Of a stretch of 64,000 nt of DNA, positions 57,316 to 64,000 are shown in pieces. The notes beneath the pieces are model-generated. The model saw nothing but the letters and a program-made list of their open reading frames with translations, ran no database searches and was not told where the DNA came from. Position 1 is the first letter of the stretch, and each line of letters opens with the position of its first letter. Location: the sequence record OR836606.1. One strand, written 5' to 3'. The position numbers and the translations under genes are program-made.

Positions 57316-57876
57316 ATGAAAAAATTCATTCTATTATGTGGTGTGTCAGGTTCAGGAAAAACTGTATTAGCAAATAATTTATCAGATCAAAAGGAATATC
57401 CTCATTTATTTTTTAAAAAATTAGATCAAGTAACTACTAGAAAGCAAAGAGAAGATGAAAAAAATGGAGTAGACTATGTATTCTTAAATAAAGAAGAATA
57501 TGATAGTATGAAAAATAAATTAATAGCAAAGACTAACTTCTATGAAAATTATTATGGTACAATTGATCAAAGCTTAGAATATCTACAAAATGGTATTTAT
57601 AATGTAAATATTATTATTGTAAATAGAGAAGGTAGAGATGCTTCTGTAAGAGATATTAAAGAGAAATATGGGGAAGATTCTGAAATTATTACTATTCAAG
57701 TAATCAATGAAAAAAATCAAGTTAAACGTGAAGGAAGAAATAAAGAAGATTTAGAGAAAGAAAAGAAAGATTTAGATGAAGTAACTGATATTGAAGTAAT
57801 TAATAATACTGGAGATTGGTTAACTAATAAAGAATTTATTAAGACATTGATGAAACATAACTTTGTTAAGAGTTAA
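57316..57876 (+). CDS. Guanylate kinase-like nucleoside monophosphate kinase
   Basis: P-loop GVSGSGKT, TTRKQREDEKNGVDYVF, NYYGT. Confidence 0.85.
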   Translation: MKKFILLCGVSGSGKTVLANNLSDQKEYPHLFFKKLDQVTTRKQREDEKNGVDYVFLNKEEYDSMKNKLIAKTNFYENYYGTIDQSLEYLQNGIYNVNIIIVNREGRDASVRDIKEKYGEDSEIITIQVINEKNQVKREGRNKEDLEKEKKDLDEVTDIEVINNTGDWLTNKEFIKTLMKHNFVKS

Positions 57877-57943
57877 AATATCATAAAAGAATGACATAAA
57901 ATTTACGAAGACAATTAGATTACAATTTTGAGGAGGTTTTATA

Positions 57944-58078
57944 ATGGGATTTTTAGATTTTTTATTAGATGAATATGGTGAAGTTGCAGAAGGATTACAA
58001 GGTAAATCAGAAGAAGATATTGAGAGAGAATATGAAATTAGTAAAGAAGCTGGCGATGATTATATAGGAGGATTATAA
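57944..58078 (+). CDS. Small acidic protein (44 aa; not in ORF track)
   Basis: Strong GAGGAGG RBS; MGFLDFLLDEYGEVAEGLQGK... Confidence 0.6.
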   Translation: MGFLDFLLDEYGEVAEGLQGKSEEDIEREYEISKEAGDDYIGGL

Positions 58079-58149
58079 ATGAATTGCTTAGCTAATGTAT
58101 TTTTAAATAGTAATTGGTTTATTAAAATATTATAGGGGAGGTAGTTACA

Positions 58150-58917
58150 GTGTCTAATTTATACATGAAAACTAATTACACATCAGACGTAAGATATATT
58201 AAAGATACTGTAATTACTGAATATGATATTAAATCAGCTGGTATGAATATATTATATGATTCAGGTTACTTTAATGAAGAACAATATAATAAATTAAGAA
58301 ATACTCAAAAATATGAAAGAAATGTCATTATTGGTAAGATGTTAAAGAATAATAAAGATATGAATAAAGTATTAATGGATGGTTTTAAAATAGCTAGAAA
58401 GATTTTTATAGAGAATAACAATCTTAAAGATAGTGATATTTTAAGTATTAAAAAAGATGCTATATTTGTTATTGGTAAAAAATGTAATAATTTAAAAATA
58501 TCTAAACATGTTAGATTTATTGAAAGTGAAGAATATGATAATTATATAAATGTATTAGGTAAAGAACATTATATAAATTTATATCAAAATAGAATAGATG
58601 TAAAAGGATATCAGAATGGTGTTAAAGAGCATCATATCAATTATTTGTTTAGATTTTTAATAGAATGTCTATGGGAAGATAAAAAGAAAGATAAAACAGA
58701 TTTATATAAGAAATTATTATTATTTAAAGATAATATGATAAGTCATAATTTACCTTCCGGATTTTATAAAGATATAATTGAAAATAAATATATCATTGAG
58801 ATGGATACATTGGAAATGTATATCGAAGATGACATTAATGAAGAATTGAGAATTGAAGATTTATCTTATAAAAATCAATTAAGATTTTTAACAGATTTAA
58901 TAAATGTTTTATTATAA
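58150..58917 (+). CDS. Divergent DNA polymerase palm-like protein (family B-like fragment)
   Basis: EYDIKSAG (motif A-like) and SIKKDAIF (motif C-like); only 255 aa. Confidence 0.4.
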   Translation: MSNLYMKTNYTSDVRYIKDTVITEYDIKSAGMNILYDSGYFNEEQYNKLRNTQKYERNVIIGKMLKNNKDMNKVLMDGFKIARKIFIENNNLKDSDILSIKKDAIFVIGKKCNNLKISKHVRFIESEEYDNYINVLGKEHYINLYQNRIDVKGYQNGVKEHHINYLFRFLIECLWEDKKKDKTDLYKKLLLFKDNMISHNLPSGFYKDIIENKYIIEMDTLEMYIEDDINEELRIEDLSYKNQLRFLTDLINVLL

Positions 58918-58971
58918 AAAAAAAATAATATAAATTCCCCTAACCTTAAATTAATAAGGTTAGGGGATACT

Positions 58972-59463
58972 TTAAGAATTTTTTTGTAACTCATTACGTT
59001 CTTTTATATATAAAGTTAGTTTGTAATACATCATATCTAGTACTATATTTTCTATTTCATCTTCTTTATATATTAAAGATAATTTATTTTTGAAATCATC
59101 AGATAAATAATTCATGAATTTTTCAAATACATCTTCAAGTATAACATTTTTTCTTTGTTCGGATATAGTTATATTTTTAGTTGAAACTGAAGGATTGTCT
59201 AATTTTAAATCCATGTATGTTTCTTCTATAGTTAAATCATAAGTGGGTTTTAAAAAATCATCGATCATGAAATTTAATGATTCTAATACATCTTTCCCAG
59301 TTGATTGCTTTTCTAGAATAGATATTTTATTTCTATAATTTTTATTCATCTTAATATTTTTAACTAATTCTTTTCTAAAATGAATTGATATAAATATAAA
59401 TACTAAAGTAGTTAAAAAGAATGCTAAAGATAAAATACTAAGTATAATTACATTATCTAACAT
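58972..59463 (-). CDS. Membrane-anchored hypothetical protein
   Basis: N-terminal hydrophobic helix VIILSILSLAFFLTTLVFIFISI. Confidence 0.7.
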   Translation of the reverse strand: MLDNVIILSILSLAFFLTTLVFIFISIHFRKELVKNIKMNKNYRNKISILEKQSTGKDVLESLNFMIDDFLKPTYDLTIEETYMDLKLDNPSVSTKNITISEQRKNVILEDVFEKFMNYLSDDFKNKLSLIYKEDEIENIVLDMMYYKLTLYIKERNELQKNS

Positions 59464-59526
59464 CTACTTCCACCCTCTTTCTTCGTCTTTTTTCTTTCTC
59501 TACTATATTTTCTTTCATTTTATATT

Positions 59527-60081
59527 TTATACTTCCACTTTAATGAAGTTAACATTATTCGAAATTAATAATTCCATCACATCTTCATAACCATCATATA
59601 ATTCATTAAAATATACATTTTTAATACCTGCAGCAATTATACTCTTAGCACAATTATAACATGGTGAGTGAGTACAATATAAATCTAAACCTTCAGTAGA
59701 AATACCTTTTTTATTCATCTTAGATAGAGCATTTATTTCAGCATGAACTTCATTTAATAAAGACCATTTATGATGTTGTTCTTGATCTTCACATTTAATC
59801 CATTCAATTAAATTAGTTTCTTCATTAAGATCTTTTACGTACCAAATTCCATCTTCTTTTTTAAATATTTCATTACAATTCAATTTATCCGGAAAAGAAC
59901 CATTCACACCAAGAGAGAATATAGAATCGTCATCAGCTATAATTGAACTAACTTTCTTAGCAGCACATTTACTAATAGCAGAAGATCTAATACAAAAATC
60001 CATGCATAGTCTATTCCAATCACTTATGCCCAATGCTTCATTATAATCATCTTCATTGTTAAAATCTATTTTAGTTGTCAT
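59527..60081 (-). CDS. dCMP deaminase
   Basis: HAEINAL and SPCYNC Zn-binding motifs. Confidence 0.9.
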   Translation of the reverse strand: MTTKIDFNNEDDYNEALGISDWNRLCMDFCIRSSAISKCAAKKVSSIIADDDSIFSLGVNGSFPDKLNCNEIFKKEDGIWYVKDLNEETNLIEWIKCEDQEQHHKWSLLNEVHAEINALSKMNKKGISTEGLDLYCTHSPCYNCAKSIIAAGIKNVYFNELYDGYEDVMELLISNNVNFIKVEV

Positions 60082-60692
60082 TAAAATATCTCTCCCTTTT
60101 CTAATTTAGTTATAAATTTATCAGCTTTATCAATAGCATATTCTATAGAAAAAGCACTATTACTATTTTCCATAGCTTCCATTTTAGCTTTTACTGCATA
60201 CTCATCAGCTAAATCATTATATTTTTCGTTATTATGACCTTTAGTCCATTGAACATCAATGTAATATTTATGTTTATTTCTATTTACATAAGATTTAATC
60301 CTGTTCATCAATTTCCATAATTCTATATTTTTAACATCAGATCCAGAATTAGTTTTCCAGCCATTTTCAATCCAATTATCAATATATTTATTGTAACTAT
60401 TAACTACATACTGACTATCTGATTTTATATTAATATTAATTTTACCTTTATAATCACAAGAATCTATAGCAAACATTATTGAAAATAGTACTGACAATAT
60501 TTCTAATTTATTATTAGTTAAATCTTTTCCTATATAAGGTATTGCAAGATAATCAAATATATTATCTTCAACAGGTATAATACCTAGTCCTCCGTATTTA
60601 GTTCCTTTAGATTTAACCCCTTTTATTGCTCCATCACAATAAATTTCTATGTTCCTAGCATTCTCTTTAAGCAATTTTTTAAAGTCTATCAA
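60081..60692 (-). CDS. rnhA: Ribonuclease HI
   Basis: IYCDGA, TNNKLEI, SDSQYV, WTKGH, NDLADEYA. Confidence 0.9.
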   Translation of the reverse strand: MIDFKKLLKENARNIEIYCDGAIKGVKSKGTKYGGLGIIPVEDNIFDYLAIPYIGKDLTNNKLEILSVLFSIMFAIDSCDYKGKININIKSDSQYVVNSYNKYIDNWIENGWKTNSGSDVKNIELWKLMNRIKSYVNRNKHKYYIDVQWTKGHNNEKYNDLADEYAVKAKMEAMENSNSAFSIEYAIDKADKFITKLEKGEIF

Positions 60693-60782
60693 TCTTATTC
60701 ACTCCCCCGAAAAAAAAAATAAGTGACCTTTTATTAAAGGTCACTTAATATTAATATTAAAGAAGTTATTTTGATTTTATAA

Positions 60783-62969
60783 TTAAATCATTAACTCTTC
60801 AACATCACATAGGTATTCACCATTTTGATAAACTTTATTTCCTTCTTTAGAAATATTATCTAAACCAGTAATTGATTTAATTAAATCAATATTGTATGTT
60901 AAACCTTTAACTTTAGTTACTTTAGGTTTAATGTCTTCTAGATTTTCTTCACCTGTTAAAATGTCATAATAATCTTCTACAATCATAGATTCATCATTAT
61001 TATTATGAATTTCAATTGTACGACCATCCAAGAATTTGATTTTAGATACAAAGAAATTAAATTCCGTATTTTCAAAAATGCTATTGATGAATAATTTACG
61101 TTTTTCAATTTCTTTCTCAATATCATTATTTGGTACTTTTCTTAATAAATGATTTTCTCCAGCATATTTAAATGAAATATCTTTAAATAACTTACTATCT
61201 TTAATAATAATGTAATCATATTTAACAGATTCTTCTTTGATAACTTCTTCAAATTCTTCATTACTATATTTTTTAGATTCTGAATCTTGTTTTTCGTTTG
61301 ATAGACCTTTAAAGAATTTTTTCATTTCTTGCTCTTCTTTATTATTTTCATTATTATAACGTCTATTAAATTTTTCTATTTGAGACATAGTTTCTACTTC
61401 AATATCATTTTTATTTACAGCCATTTCGTCTTCATCTCCTAATAAGATATCAAAATTTTCTTTATACTTAGAAAGACCATTTTTGTCTAAATAAGTTTTA
61501 ATACTTTGTTTAAATAAATTATAATACTCTTTATATTGATTTTTATAGTTTTTATTATCATAACTATATTCATCTTTCAAAGAATATAATTCTTTAATTT
61601 CTTCTTTTAATGAAATTGAACTACGTTTACTAGAATTTAAAGTATATTTAAATGCATCTAATAAACTAAATTCTTCATTAAAGAAATCTTCAACTTTATC
61701 ATTAATGTAATTTAAAATTACATTGTTAATTAAAACTTGCATAACGATAGAACTAGAGTCTCTAAAATCTTTAGCCACATTTGAGCCATCGATATCCATA
61801 TACATTAAAAAAGCAACATTATTTCTTTTAGGATATAAAATATAATTTAATACAAAGTTTTTAGAGTAAATATTAGTTTTTCTTCTATTTTCTAATGAAG
61901 TAAATAGATTGTAAACTAATTCACCAAAATATGGTTTAATATCTGCAATTTCTAAATCAGATAAAAGAATATATAAAGTTAATAAATCTCCTAATTTAGA
62001 GATATAAGAGTTTGATGTTAGATTAGATCTAAACGGATTAAACCCTTTAACCTTACTGTCGTCAACTAAAGAAGTCACTTCTTCTAATTTAGTGTTTTTA
62101 CCATCTTTAAAAACTAAACTTTTAATAACATTTCCACCTAAGTTATTTGTATTGAAATTATAATAAGAATAATAATTATAGAATTTATAGTCAGATTTTT
62201 GACTATAGTTATAAGTAGTACTATTATATTTTTCTTTAATAAAGAGATAAGCTTTTTCTTTGCGACTCTTTGTATTATTATTGTATTCTAAAAGTAAATC
62301 GACATCATGAATTTCATTTATCATAGTATTGATTTCTAAAATATATTCAATTAAATCTTCGTCATCTTGTTCTAAGAAAACCTTGAAACTTGGTTTATTT
62401 ATATTAGTTTCAACTTTAATAATTTCTTTTACATCCTTAATATCGTCTATTTTATTTTCTACAATTACATCTAATACATTACGACCAATTTTATCAGATA
62501 ACGTTAATCCTTTATGATAATTATAGTTTTCATTTTCATAGAATCTAAATATATTATAATTATCTACAATACTAGATTTAATGAAATGTAGTAAAGCTAT
62601 AGTTTCTTTTCCCACGACTTTAGTTTCATCTAAAGAACTTAAATTGAAATTTCTAGAAGATACTTGTGTCATAAAAGGATAATTTCCTATTTCATATATT
62701 ACATAAATAGTGTTATTATAAGAATTATCTCCATTATTATATGATACAAATCTAAAATCTTCTCCAATAAATACTGTATCTTTAATTATTTTTATGATTT
62801 CTTCAAAAAGATACTTAACATTGTATTTAAACAATTTGCTTTCTCTAATTGACTTTTTGTAATTAAGACCCATTTCTTTCTCAAACCATAATAATTCACT
62901 TTCTAATAATACCCTTTCCGTTCTACTTGAGTTTAAAATTTGTTTACTCATATCCAATTCACTCTCCAT
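60783..62969 (-). CDS. Hypothetical protein (728 aa)
   Basis: Long ORF behind the early-type promoter at 63017-63032. Confidence 0.8.
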   Translation of the reverse strand: MESELDMSKQILNSSRTERVLLESELLWFEKEMGLNYKKSIRESKLFKYNVKYLFEEIIKIIKDTVFIGEDFRFVSYNNGDNSYNNTIYVIYEIGNYPFMTQVSSRNFNLSSLDETKVVGKETIALLHFIKSSIVDNYNIFRFYENENYNYHKGLTLSDKIGRNVLDVIVENKIDDIKDVKEIIKVETNINKPSFKVFLEQDDEDLIEYILEINTMINEIHDVDLLLEYNNNTKSRKEKAYLFIKEKYNSTTYNYSQKSDYKFYNYYSYYNFNTNNLGGNVIKSLVFKDGKNTKLEEVTSLVDDSKVKGFNPFRSNLTSNSYISKLGDLLTLYILLSDLEIADIKPYFGELVYNLFTSLENRRKTNIYSKNFVLNYILYPKRNNVAFLMYMDIDGSNVAKDFRDSSSIVMQVLINNVILNYINDKVEDFFNEEFSLLDAFKYTLNSSKRSSISLKEEIKELYSLKDEYSYDNKNYKNQYKEYYNLFKQSIKTYLDKNGLSKYKENFDILLGDEDEMAVNKNDIEVETMSQIEKFNRRYNNENNKEEQEMKKFFKGLSNEKQDSESKKYSNEEFEEVIKEESVKYDYIIIKDSKLFKDISFKYAGENHLLRKVPNNDIEKEIEKRKLFINSIFENTEFNFFVSKIKFLDGRTIEIHNNNDESMIVEDYYDILTGEENLEDIKPKVTKVKGLTYNIDLIKSITGLDNISKEGNKVYQNGEYLCDVEELMI

Positions 62970-63126
62970 TTAAAATATTTTTTGAAATACTATTAGCTAA
63001 TTAGTACTTCACTTTTATAATATATATTTAAAAATTTACATGAAACGTATAAAGACTAAGAAATATTCATAACATTTATTTATATTAATACAAATAAAAG
63101 AAAATTAGAAAGAAGGTATTAAATCT

Positions 63127-63810
63127 ATGCAAATGCCAAAAGTAGATAAAAAAGACCTTCCAAAATTAATCGAGACAATAGAGTTAAATGTAGATGAAAC
63201 AAAGAAATTTGAAATGTATAATAATGAAGATGATATAAAGTCTGAAGAGACATTTAATAAATATATTGAGAAAATTATTAGAAGTTCATATGAATATAAA
63301 TCATTTATTAAAGCTTTGAAAACAGAAATGGACCTCACTAAATGTAAATTTATTCCAGAAGTTGATATAAATGATGATAAGAGATTGACTATTGAGATGC
63401 ACCACTATCCATTGTCTTTATACGATATAGTATCTAGCTACAGAGAGAAGTTAAAAACTAACTATGAGTATAAAAAATCATATGAAAGTTTTAAAATAGC
63501 TGAAGATGTTATTAAGATGCATTTCGAAGGTAATGTAGGAATCGTACCTTTGTCTTATACTGCTCATGAATTAGCTCATAATGGAGATCTATTTATACCA
63601 TTAAATGAAGAGTTTGTTTTCGGTAATTTTGAAGGTTTATTTAATCAAGTGGAATTAGAAGCACCACTGGAAAATAAATTAGAAGCAGTTAAAAAAATGA
63701 CTAAAAAATATGAAGAAGATCCTTCTTTATATGAATCAGAAGTTCTTGACAAAGTTAAAACTGAAATCAAAATGAAAAATGAAGTTAAGCCAAATAAAAT
63801 AATTCAATAA
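63127..63810 (+). CDS. Hypothetical protein with His-rich HNH-like motifs
   Basis: IEMHHYP and VPLSYTAHELAH; late promoter at 63071. Confidence 0.5.
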   Translation: MQMPKVDKKDLPKLIETIELNVDETKKFEMYNNEDDIKSEETFNKYIEKIIRSSYEYKSFIKALKTEMDLTKCKFIPEVDINDDKRLTIEMHHYPLSLYDIVSSYREKLKTNYEYKKSYESFKIAEDVIKMHFEGNVGIVPLSYTAHELAHNGDLFIPLNEEFVFGNFEGLFNQVELEAPLENKLEAVKKMTKKYEEDPSLYESEVLDKVKTEIKMKNEVKPNKIIQ

Positions 63811-63865
63811 AAAAAAAAATAATAAAAACGCCCTAACCTTAAATTAATAAGGTTAGGGCTATTAT

Positions 63866-64000
63866 TTAAAATACAAAAATTATATTTCCACAGTCATAAA
63901 TTTTGTTTTTATCATTTTCATCCTTTCTTTTTTGTCTTATATAGTTATTCTTTCGATTCCCGTTATTCTTTGAAAAGTTACAGAAATCAGGTTCTGTTTC
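63866..64000 (-). CDS. 3' end of a gene entering from the right edge (possibly homing-endonuclease-like)
   Basis: Open frame ETEPDFC...KIYDCGNIIFVF*, ending at the shared terminator 63831-63858. Confidence 0.45.
   Translation of the reverse strand, partial: ETEPDFCNFSKNNGNRKNNYIRQKRKDENDKNKIYDCGNIIFVF

Overview
A 64-kb segment of a very AT-rich jumbo myophage genome from a Firmicutes host (AGGAG-type RBS). It looks AR9/PBS1/phiKZ-like: two phage-specific promoter motifs (TAAATATATATTAT and AACA-N6-TA), a GroEL-like chaperonin, baseplate and head proteins, DnaB helicase, SbcD nuclease, RNase H, dCMP deaminase, a nucleotide kinase and gyrB. The standout locus is 10485-14040 (minus strand). It holds a retron-type reverse transcriptase (NAxxH, YADD, ITG motifs) translationally coupled to an unknown 274-aa partner. 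Upstream lies a ~1.2-kb non-coding array of five hairpin repeats with an invariant 8-nt loop and co-varying stems, spaced 177-214 nt apart by unique structured spacers. This fits neither a CRISPR array, a standard single msr-msd retron nor a DGR. Other features missed by the ORF track: gyrB is split by two ultra-compact group I introns (156 and 171 nt); a third related group I intron carries an intact TnpB (IStron-like) and splits a ~1747-aa virion protein; there is a second, solo TnpB; a probable programmed -1 frameshift occurs at 54430; and a candidate structured ncRNA lies at 41641-41856. All calls come from manual reading of the sequence and motif recall; no searches or folding programs were run.
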